A stretch of 64,000 nucleotides of DNA from assembly GCA_905178155.1 (NCBI GenBank), contig CAJINV010000006.1, positions 1,117,876-1,181,875 on the forward strand, read 5' to 3'. Under the pieces are notes generated by a model. The model did not search any database. It saw only the letters and a program-made list of their open reading frames with translations, and was not told the origin of the DNA. Of this stretch, positions 1 to 10,700 are shown one piece after another. The position numbers and the translations under genes are program-made. How positions within the stretch are numbered: the first letter of the stretch is position 1; the number at the start of each line of letters is the position of its first letter. The DNA comes from Amoebophrya sp. A120 (taxonomy: Eukaryota > Protista > Dinoflagellata).

Positions 1-215
1 CCCCGGGACCCGGAGGTCGGAGGTTTCGGGGACCCCGGGACCCGGAGGTCGGAGGTTTCGGGGACCGCGGGGCGCGGAGGTCGGAGGTTTCGGGGACCCC
101 GGGGCGCGGAGGTCGGAGGTTTCGGGGACCTCGGGGACAGGTCGCGGAGGTTTTGGGCGGGAGGTTTCGGGAGTTGGGGTTGGAGGTCGCGGGAGTTGTT
201 GGTGGAGGTTTCTGG
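1..215. repeat. GC-rich 32-bp tandem repeat, decaying rightwards
   Basis: Unit CCCCGGGACCCGGAGGTCGGAGGTTTCGGGGA at 1, 33, 65 and 97, then degenerate GGAGGTT repeats. Confidence 0.9.
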
Positions 216-285
216 AGGTGTGCGTTAAAATTTTTTGTTCTATACTTATCATTCGCGCTGTAACGTTACACTTGGATTCTAAAAA

Positions 286-511
286 AAATGCTGTCTCTGG
301 ATTCTAAAAAAATTTGTATTGCATGGCCAGCAAGTGCAAGAGGGCTCCAGTTTGTGCTACGCGGAGAGGGCATTTCTCATGCCGTAGAGGCATCGCAAAT
401 TGTTCTAAAAATCTGTGATGCTAGGGCATGCATCACAGACATCATGGGTCATTCAAAATATGCATGACAAACCTGGCAATCTTCCAGAACCAGACATTTT
501 CGCAGTTGATA
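286..511. mobile_element. Family A element, left end lost
   Basis: Right TIR CTTCCAGAACCAGACATTTTCGCAGTTGATA. Interior is the reverse complement of the 6081-6357 type. Confidence 0.8.
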
Positions 512-638
512 TGGTACTCGCCCAAAGTATTCTGACTTGCCCGCCAGGGGGCCGCAAGATTTCGGGTGGGTGCGGTACGGCGGTGACCCTCTTCCGGAGG
601 ACCGGATTGACGATCCTTCGGGGGGGCCGGGGACCCTA

Positions 639-926
639 TATGGATGTGTCAGGATCGAAATCGACAAAGTCGAAAAATTTGTGATGCGTGCTCGCAAATG
701 AGACCGATTGTAAGCCTGTTTAGGGGCTGGCATGCAATGTGCTGCCAGAGTAGTATGACAGGAGCAGTCTTCTTTGCCCAAACAGCATGACAGACTGGTT
801 TTGGGTGCTCCCGAAATTTGTCACGCGCCACTTACAAACTGGGGCTTCAACTGGTATCGATTTTTTTTTATGCATCCCAAAATTTTCGACTTTGTCAATT
901 TCGAATTCGATTCTGACACTTCCATA
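639..926. mobile_element. Family C TIR element
   Basis: TATGGATGTGTCAGGATCGAA...TTCGATTCTGACACTTCCATA; flanking repeat imperfect. Confidence 0.9.
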
Positions 927-992
927 CCTTAACCTTGCGAGGCCCCACCCCGTTCACCGAGGTCATTGTTCAGCCGCCGCCGCCAAGCCAGA

Positions 993-1158
993 TATCACAA
1001 GAAAAAGTGTTAACGTTACCGGCCTTCACAGATTGCAGTCATGCATCACAAATGTAGCCCAGTATGCCTTCATGCTATGCATGACAAATTTTGGCATGTT
1101 TTGCGATGCATTACTGCATCACAAATTCGAATTCCGTTAACGTTAATACTTTTTGATT
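993..1158. mobile_element. Family F-like TIR element
   Basis: TATCACAAGAAAAAGTGTTAACGTTA...TAACGTTAATACTTTTTGATT; TSD CCAGA/CCAGA. Confidence 0.8.
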
Positions 1159-1554
1159 CCAGAGCGCCAGACTCCAGGAGACCGTGTTGTTCTGAAGATT
1201 GTCGCCAAGAACGTGCCCCCCGAGAATATCCAGATGCCGGATCTGCTTTTGCCCGCCCCGGGAAATTGGGCGCCCCCGTTTCCGGTTACCCAAGTCGAAC
1301 TCCAGTTGTGCACAGATGAAGCTCGCAGCTCATCTTCCAGCTTGTGCAAGCTGTTGCAAAGGAATGGTAGCTCTGCTCGCGCGACCGTTCGCGTTCGCCT
1401 CATAGTATCGCAAAGCACCAGAGATGACGTAGCAGTTGAGCGGTACGACCTCGCGTTTGTTGTGGGCGGCTAAGCAAGTAGCTAGAGAACGCGTGGTAAG
1501 TGAAGGGACTTGCTTTATGCATCTTGAAATTTCAATTTGTCTTCTTCTCTTCAT

Positions 1555-4503
1555 CGGCCCGAGCGAAGCCGGGAGCGTGGGTATTACAAAGGGTCGGCCC
1601 CCGTATGCGTGCAACCCTTGGGCCGTGACTCTCCGGCGGCTCGAAAATCTATGGAAAAGAAAAAGGCGCTGTCGACGTAGTTTGTAGCAGGCAAGGTAGC
1701 GGAGGCGCTGCGGAGTATGCGCCCGCCGCAGCCCCCAAAAACCAAGAATAGAAAGCCAGGCAAAATTTATCTTCTTCTCCATTTCGGCCCGAGCGACGCC
1801 GGGGGCGCGGGTATTAAAAAGAACCGGCCCCCTTGCGCGTGTAACCCTCGGGCCGCGACTCTCCGGCGGCCCGGAAATCCCGGAAAAAAAAAAGAAAGGC
1901 GCCGCCCCCGCCGTAGGTTGCGGGCATGCGAAAGCGTTGCGGAGCTGCCGCCGCAGCGCCGAAACACCATGGAAGCCCGTAGATTTTTTTTTTTCTCTAT
2001 TCACTTCGGCCCGAGCTTCGCCGGGGGCGCGGACATTAAAAAGCGTGGGCCGGCCCCTTATGCGTGTAACACTTTGGCCGTGACACTCCCGAGGCGCGAA
2101 AACCTCGAAAGCCTAAACTCCTGCAAACCTCTATTGAGTGACCATGAATCTAGTGCGAGGGACTGTCTGTTTCTAGCCCGAAAACAAGTGGTCGGAAACG
2201 CAGCCCATTTGTGTCTTTGTCTGGCGCTGGAGATAGGAATGTTGATTGGTGTAAGTTTACGCCAGTTTGCTCCTACTTTTTTTTGGCACATAAAAAACGC
2301 CATTTGGTTATTACTCAAGTCGCATTCGTAAAATTTCTTTTTTGAGAACGCAAGCCGCATCCGGTTTTCTCTTTCTGATACCGCGTCGAGTTTCGTCGCG
2401 AAGCACCGCTGTAATGCATTCCGATGAGACTCTCTTTTTGTGCAGTAAAAAATAATTTATACATTTCTGCGAAGAGAAAGAAGAAGCCCTGACTTCTTCT
2501 CCTGTGGAAAATAAAACGCAAGTCTACAACGACATAGACATGTGCTCGCAGTGACAATCAATCACAAATTTTTGTACAACTCGACGTTGGTTGCGCGGTC
2601 TACTACTCATGGACGAACTCCTCAAACGTCTATTGAGTGGCTATGAATCTAGTTCGAGGGAGTGTCTGTTTCTAGCCCGAAAATAGATGGACGAAAACGC
2701 AGCGCAGTTGTGTCTTTGTGTGGCGCTGGAGATAGAAATGCTGACTGATGTAAGTTTCCGCCAGTTTTCTCGCTCCTTTTTTTTGACGCATAGCAATGCA
2801 ACCAGGCAAGCGGAGGCGCTGCGGCGTATTTGACCTCCGCAGCCCCCAAATACTAAGCAAGCCAACCGAAACTTATTTTCTTCCCAACTTCGGCCAGGGC
2901 GGCGCTGGGGGCGCGGGTATTAAAAAGGGGCGGCCCCCTTGCGCGTTTGAATCTCGGGCCGCGACATTCCGGCACAAAAACTCGCTTCCGTTGAAGAAAT
3001 CAGAAGCGCCGGGCACTGTACTTGCTGCACTTCGCTGAGTATATATGACTCCCAGCCGCTTACTTTTGCCTCAAGGTGAGGGGGCCAGCTGCTCTTTCAG
3101 CTTGGGGCATGCAACCAAAAGTCAATTTTTGTCTGCTCGGCGCAGCGCTTCAAGTATCAATTTTGTAAAACAACTGTGACAGCTTCAGGCGCAATTCATC
3201 AGGTACATCCAGAGACTGGCAGTCATGTTTATACTTATACGCGGACCTTTAACGAGACTGCACAGTTTCTCAGGCAGAACAGGAGGAAGAAATAAAAAAT
3301 TGCTAAGATGAAGTACTTACAATTCCAGTCTGTCACAGGGAAAAAAGTCAGGTCCGGTCTAGTGGCAAAGCTTCTATCTTTCCACACTCTACTACCTTGA
3401 CGGTGATTTTTTTTTACTTACTGGCGCACGTGTTCGGTGGTTGTTGGCTTTAGACTGGGGGAAAGAATCCAGTATAGTACTCTTGTTAGCAGCAGGTTGG
3501 TGCTGGCTAAAAGCGTCAGATGGCGATGTCGAGTTTGCGGTATACGAACGTATATCATTTGGCCCTCCGCTAATACGCAACTCCGGCAGTGCTGGGGGCA
3601 TCAGTTTTAGCACGTACATACGTTAGGAGTAGTTTTCTCAGGCTACCAGTAGATGCAGTGGACGAGGATTAGAAAAATGCCCACGACCACAGTTCTTTCG
3701 CAAGTAATGTCAGTAGTTCTGCATCTCGAATATGTCGTCAGCTTTGACGTCTTTCTGGTTTTTCTTTTGTTTTTCTAGCAGTACTAGCTTCAAATAAGTG
3801 TGAGCCCAGGGGTAGCGCAAATAACGGGCCGCGCGGATGTTGACGAGGGTGCAAACAATAAACTTGAAATCAAAGCTGGTTTTCTGAGCGTGTTTTTTCA
3901 TCTGCGAGAGGTGTTTGAAGAGAGGGTTTTTTTTGTTCGTGGAGCTTGGGGAGAAGCCAACGCTGGAAGAGCGTTCCGCAATATGTGTTGTTGCGAGGCG
4001 TTTTTTTTTTGCTAAGCCAGTACATCGGCCGCGATGCATATATTTATGAAATTTTGAACACAAAAATAATTACGCGTGGTTGCTTACTTCACGATTATAC
4101 TTCAGAAGAATCATATTTTTATTTTTTAGAACCAAGGAATATAAAAAAGAGAAAAAATAAAACTGTTGCCCTCCTCGTTCGTCCAGCGACCATGCCCTCC
4201 TCGTTCGTCCAGCGTTTGCTGGTGACTGCCGCGCGGCGAAAGCGCGGCCCGCAGGGCCGCGCTTTCGCCGCGCGGCTGGTTTGGCTTTCGCGCTGGTTAG
4301 ATTTTCGCGCACGCATTTGGTTACCAATATCGCCCTCCGGGCGCGATCTTCATAGCGAAGGGACTTGTTTCTTTATGCAAGACAGCCAGATGAAGAAATT
4401 GAAATTGGTCTTCTACTTCTTCTTTACCTCGGCCCGAGCGACGCCGGGGCGGGGGCGGGTATTACAAAGGACCGGCCCTCGTACGCGTGTAACCCTTGGG
4501 CCG
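1555..4503. repeat. Dispersed ~71-bp GC-rich unit (5 copies) within larger degenerate duplications
   Basis: CGGCCCGAG...GGGTATTA(A/C)AAA...CTCGGGCCG at 1555, 1785, 2007, 2891 and 4430. Also paralogous blocks ~2115-2290 / 2617-2790 and ~3060-3260 / 4555-4770. Confidence 0.85.
3830..4225 (+). pseudogene. Diverged duplicate of the upstream region and first codons of the giant gene
   Basis: Similar to ~7210-7774; 4192-4225 is identical to 7741-7774 (MPSSFVQRLLV), then diverges. Confidence 0.7.
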
Positions 4504-6080
4504 GCCCTGTAGTTGCTGCGCTACGCTAAGTACATACTTATCGTAGCCATTTAATACTTTTACCTCAAGGTCGTGAAGGGGCCAGTTGCTCTTTCAGCTT
4601 GGGGCAAGAATCGAAAGCCAACTTTTTTCTGCTCGGCGCAGCGCTCCAACTATCAACTTACTTTGCAAAACAACTGTGACAGCAGCTTCAGGCCCAATTA
4701 CTCAGGTTGACATGTAGAGAGGATTGGCAGTCATCGATTTATTTACATCTATACGCGGACCTTTAAGGAGATTGTGTATATGATTCTTAATGGTTGAGCA
4801 CGAACTGCCTCTCCACGCAAGACAGATTCACTGGCTCCGCTCCTGTCTTTTTGAAAAATGTATGATGTTTGTTTTGGTCTACTTTTCTGCTCCTGTTTTT
4901 TTGAAAAATGTATGATGTTTGTTTTGGGAATAAGGGTCTGCTTTTTATCGTTTTACTAAATTTGTCATGCAAATTTGCCATTCGGCAACAAATTGCCGCT
5001 CTCGAAAAAAGCATGCTCCTACATCGGTGCTACATCCTGTATGATTTTCAATGGTTTATTTTCTGTCTCTAGAAAGGGCGGGACGCCGGACTTCCCTGCG
5101 CCACAGCCTGCGTTGTTCTAGCTTGGCCCTAATGAAGACCGGCCCCGTGTCGCTACCTAGACACGGGGGCACGGTCCATTTTTCTGGGTCTTTATTCAGG
5201 ACCACTTGTGTATGGCCGATCGCTATTCCCCGATGCTACCACAAATTCGCGCTAGTGCCAGGGATCAAAAACACCTGGCAAGCGGTGCCATTTTTCTGGT
5301 TGTTTGCCCGGCCGCTCCCGTCACCACTTTGCAGAGATTCCTGATCGGCCATTTGCACTAGCATTAGATCCTAAAAACCGCACTACACACCTAAAAACCG
5401 CACCACGCAAGCCGACCTTCCCAGCCCTACCACAGGCCGGGGAGGGAGGCGTGTTGACGAACTACACCAACGTGAGGACACAGAATTCCGAACAGGTTCC
5501 AAAATGCTGGATCCATCGCCCTACACCAGGGCATCAGAGTGCTCGTTGTTGTGTTCGATCGAAATTCCCACTGCACAAGGGCCTGAGATCAACATCACCT
5601 CTGAGAGACTACCGCGTTCATTCTAAACTGAGACCGCCGCCCGGGGACGGCTCCCGGGTTATGCCGCCCCCCCCTTCCCCGCCCGGACAACGGAGATCGA
5701 CCTGCACCTCCCCCTCGACCCGCGCCGAACCTGTCGTCGCCGCGGCGTGCTCTCGCCAGCCCGTGACACTACGACCCCCTGCCGCCCCCCAGCGACCAGC
5801 TACTGCCCGTTCCGCATCGCGCAAGGGCTGAGCGACCGCTAGCTCTCTCGCGGCACAAGCGCCGGCGCCACCGTGCCGGGCCGCCGCCCTACCTGCCCGG
5901 GGGGAATCCTAACCACCCCAAGGGAACGCGCTAGAGCTTGAGGAAGAAAAGAGTCGCTTGTAGCGTCCACAATGTTTTCCACCGTTTGATGAATGGTTTA
6001 TTTTCCTGGATCTTCGTGTATGATTTTCAAATGGTGATCGCGAAAATTTCCATCCAAGCCGAGTGCCCACCACCCAGGCG

Positions 6081-6357
6081 TATCAAATGTAAAAATGTCT
6101 GGGTCTGGAAGATTGCCAGGTTTGTCATGCATATTTTGAATGACCCAGGATCGATCTGTGATGCATGCCTTAGCATCACAGATTTTCAGAGGACTTTGTG
6201 ATGTAGTCTCTACCGCATGAGAAATGCCCTCGTCTTCACGGAGCACAAACTGGAGTTGTCCTTTTGCTGGTCATGCAATACAAATTTTTTTAGAATCCAG
6301 AGACAGCATGACAAGTTTGAAATCTTCCAGAGGACCCAGACATTTTTACGTTTGATA
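6081..6357. mobile_element. Family A TIR element (no host gene identified)
   Basis: TATCAAATGTAAAAATGTCTGGGTC...GACCCAGACATTTTTACGTTTGATA; TSD AGGCG/AGGCG. Confidence 0.95.
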
Positions 6358-7514
6358 AGGCGAGTCGGTCACCTATATCCTGGACACTAAGCAGCTATTG
6401 GCCTCGCTCTCCGAACGCCGATCGTACTGTTCTAGTCCCAGAGCGACCATTTTTTGTGCTTGTGATTTGTCGTTGCACAGTTTGTAATGTCAAGAGTAGA
6501 AGACCTCCCTTGCTGCAGATCCAGCAACGATGGTGGTCTTCTGTTTGTTATGCAAAACCGGCACGGCGCGTGTCGTCCTTGCGATGTATTTTTTTTTTTC
6601 GCCGTAGCTTTATATTTTCTCATTTACATTTTTCGACTTTGATTTTTGGGTACTATCTTCCTTCTTGTTTGAATGAATTAAGAATAACATCTTCATAAAA
6701 ATGATCATATATCAGTCGTGCTTTTGACGATACCGGTAGACGGCTTAATTGCTGAACATGAAAATGTTTGTTTGTATGGATGTTCATGCGTGCCTTTTCT
6801 AGATTATAGCGCTACACCAAGATCGATGTTGTTACAGTTACTTGAATTTTTTGATGAAATGCCACTGCTCTGTTTTTCTGACATTACAACCGTACGTATC
6901 ATCTGTGTATCGCTCCAGTGACTACCGCCAGTGGAGCAACTACTTTTTGTGAATTTCGTTTTCGGGTGAATCGAGGTCGTGCACCTTCGCAAAAGGACAT
7001 CATTTCCGATGGCAGACGCGGTCGCAGGCTCGCATTCGTGCAGCGTCTTGTCCCTGTTCTCCTCTCTCATCATCTGATTTGTGCAGTTGTCTGCAAATAG
7101 ATTTTCCGTTTCGGTACATTTCTCCTACGTCGTCAAACTCAAATGCAAAGTGCGCGTAATTTTTTTTTTGCGATAATCCAATGAATTGCCTCTATGCAGC
7201 CTGTGACAGTGAGATACCGCAGGATGAGGGAAACAAATTTGAACTCAAAATTGGCCTCCCGAGTGTGTTTTTTCATCTGCAAAAGCTGTTTGAGAGTTGT
7301 TTTTTTTTTCGCGCGCGATTGGGGGGACGATGGATGGAACAGCGGGGGTGCTGTCACGGTCGGATAAACAGCATGTGAGTAGTTGCGTCGAGAGGTTTTT
7401 TCTGGTAACAAGGACGTTAGTGTTATTGCTCGTGCCCCAAGAAGAAGAACGAATTACCACTGCTACGCGCTGCTTAAGTAGGACACTACAATACTGTAAA
7501 AATAAAACTGTACA

Positions 7515-7720
7515 TATGGAGAGAAAAAAGTTTGTCACAGTCACTAACTTGCAGGCTTTGCATTACAAATTTTCTCAGCATCACAAACTTTCCTTGTATT
7601 GCAGAAACACTAGGGAAATACCTAATGAAGTTTGGCTGTGATGCATTTTTACGCATGACAAACAATTTTGTATTGCAAAAATGCGCATGAGTGATCGTGA
7701 CGAACTTTTTTTCTTTGATA
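7515..7720. mobile_element. Family I element ending 20 nt upstream of the giant-gene ATG
   Basis: TSD GTACA/GTACA; inverted relative of 21523-21738. Confidence 0.92.
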
Positions 7721-7740
7721 GTACAACTATCACCACCATC

Positions 7741-10700
7741 ATGCCCTCCTCGTTCGTCCAGCGTTTGCTGGTGATTTTTTTTCACCTAGCACTATGAAGT
7801 GCAAAAATGTCTGGGTCTGGAAGAGTCATGCCGTTTCTGCATGACACAGAAGGTGTGGCATGGAAGCTCTAGCATCACAGGTTTCGAGAAGCTTCCGCCA
7901 TGCCGAATTCGCATGACAAATCCCCCACTTTGGTGACAGAAAGTGGGCAGCTTTTGCCACCTATGCCTGAGAGATGTTTCTGTGTTCTAAAATGCGCATC
8001 ACAAGTTTGTATTCTTCCAGACCCAGACACTTTTGCAGTGCATAGGCACTGCTGCTCGCCGATACCGCGAGGAAAAGCCTGCTCGTCACCGCCACTACCG
8101 CCGTCGATGTGCAGCTCACACCGCCGGAACTCGTGTTCACCGGCACCTTCTTCGCGCCCCAGGGGTATGTGCTGTACGCAGGGCAGCGGTACTCTTTGGG
8201 TATCGCTCTGGACAGCATGTTTTGGCCCGCAGACTCCGTGCGGCTGATGCTCGTGGAATCCTCGCAATTTTTAAACGACGTGATGGCGGGCTTGGGACTG
8301 TGTCCGCAGATATGCACTGCAAAAGTACCGTACTCGTATAAATGCATGACAAATTCCCTCAGGAGCATGAGAAAGTCAATTTGTAATGCGGATTTACCTT
8401 GAGGAAAAAAATTTATTTTTTTATATGAAGGACTGCCATTAGATTTAGAATTAGTACGCGTATCAGATACTTTTGCACAGCATAGCAGAACCGCATCTAC
8501 GACGTGAACCCGCCCTACGACGGGAGCATGACCATTCCGCAGTCTTCCCTGCAGTACCCCCGGCAAGGCCGGTTGGTCTGCAGCCCCGCGTGCGAAGTGG
8601 ACTACCCACCACCCGACCACGTGGGCGCCGTGATCAACCACGGGGGGATCTTATCAAATGCAAAAATGTCCTCTGGGTCTGGAAGATTGCGGGGTTTGTC
8701 ATGCTTGTCTGGCATGACCAAAAAGTTTGTGATGCGTGTCCAAGAAGAGACCCTTTACCTTTTGCCTGTCATGCAAAAACGCAGTTTGTCATGCGAAAAA
8801 CGCAACACAAAGAGGCGCAGGCATTTCTCATGCTTGCCTGTGCATTACAGAGCATTTACTATTCCCAACGCAGCATTACAAGTTTCCAGACCCAGACATT
8901 TTTACACTTGATAGATCTTCCGGGTCTGCGTGTCGAAGTTTGGCACGTTTGGGCTATGGGGCTCTCAAACGTTACATTCTCGAACTGTCACATGATGAAT
9001 TTGTCATGCAAAAGCACCAGCATCATCATCCACACGATCAACCTGTTTCGCATGACAAATTTGCGCAGGGCTATTAAACACGACCTAAATTATCTGTGCG
9101 GAATTTGTAATGCTACAAGACAAGTGCAACCCCCCCCCTTTCACGACTTTTCCCATTCTTGCATCCCATTCTTGCATTCTACTTTGTACGCATGGGACCA
9201 GCTGCAGGCTGCTGCTTCCTCATAGCAGTTAGCCTGGTCGGTCCCTGCACAGTTTGTGAGCACTATAAGTTGGATCGTTGGCGAACGTTAAACGTGCTCT
9301 GGTGGCGACAAGTGTGGACCGTTGGCGAACGTTAAACGTATGTTGGCGATAAGTTGGACTGGTGGCGAAAGTAAGGTAAAGCTGGCGTGAGTAGGATGAT
9401 GTGCCCGAGCGTGATGGCGATGGCTTCGGTCCGCCTGATTCCGCGACTCGGTGGCCTGACCATCTGCGGAAAGGTGCCCTATGGGTTGCGTTTGTGGTTT
9501 CGGTCGGTTTAGCATCACAAATCTATGTAACAGTTGAGAGTGTAACATTTGAGAACGCCATATGGGCTGAACGACGCGACTCTGGTGAACGTCGACTCGG
9601 TGACGCAAGACGCGGTGTCTTACCGGTATCAAATGCAAAAGTGTCTGGGTCTGGAAGAGTCAAACTTGTGATGCTGCATGTGGCTGCTAAACAAATCTGT
9701 ATTGCATGAGCAGGAAGAGAAATCAAATTTGTCTACGCGGGGAGGGCATTTGTCATGCAGGATGCGCATCGATAAGCGCTCAAAAAATCTGTGATGCTAT
9801 GGCATACATCACAGACATCATGGATCGTAGAAAATGCGCATGACAAACTTGTCCTCTTCCAGACCCAGACATTTTTGCAATCTATAACCGGGTGGTGGGT
9901 GTGACGGATGACTGTCAGAACGAAGCGATGCTGAATCCGGCAACAAGTACTTCTTCTGCGGGTAGTTCTAGTTCATCTTCGGGAAGTGCGGCGACAAAGT
10001 CGTGCTTTTCCAACCGCCGGTTTTACTGCTTCGGCATACACTCGCTCTATTCCACCTTCTACGCCAACCACATCTACGACGAGGAGTTCCTATCCTGTGC
10101 AAAAGTATCGTACTCGTATTACTACAATCATGCATTACAAATCTTTCATTTAAGGTAAATCCCCATTACAAATTTTATGAAAATAATTTGTAATGCATTT
10201 ATACGAGTACGATACTTTTGCAATGCATAATTCCATTGTAAAATCTTCTACCAGGGCGCGAGCTACCAGATCGGGGAGTTGGCGAACGTGATTGGCAGGG
10301 TGCAGCACATATGCTGTGCAAAAGAGCATCGCACTCGTATAAATGCAAGTCTTGCATTACAAATCTTTTTATTAAGGCAAATCCACAACCACATGACAAA
10401 TTCCATTTCTCATGCTAAGGAAACTTGTATTGCAATTTATAGCTAGTACGATGCTTCTGCAATGCATAGCGCATGCAGCTCTCCTGGCACACGGACACTT
10501 CGGAGTCCTGTCCCATGCAGGTGATCGGGACCAATTTTGTTGACAACAGCTACCGCAGTCTCGACACCGCGTTAAAAAGAGCGCAGCCGAACTTCAACTA
10601 CAGTAGCAATTTCGAACAGGTGCAAAGATTCCAGAAATCCGAATTTACGTTGGGGAAAGTGGTCGATACTCTGTCTAGTGGGTTTACCTACCGCCTGTGT

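Noticed and set aside
1-215. Telomere or CRISPR array
   Set aside because: It is a 32-bp head-to-tail unit with no spacers and is not a short TTTAGGG-type repeat; subtelomeric status cannot be judged from this window.
512-1473. Intact gene across the 639 and 993 elements
   Set aside because: I found no convincing continuous frame on either strand; it is at best a relic, although ORF 1153-1473 looks partly protein-like.
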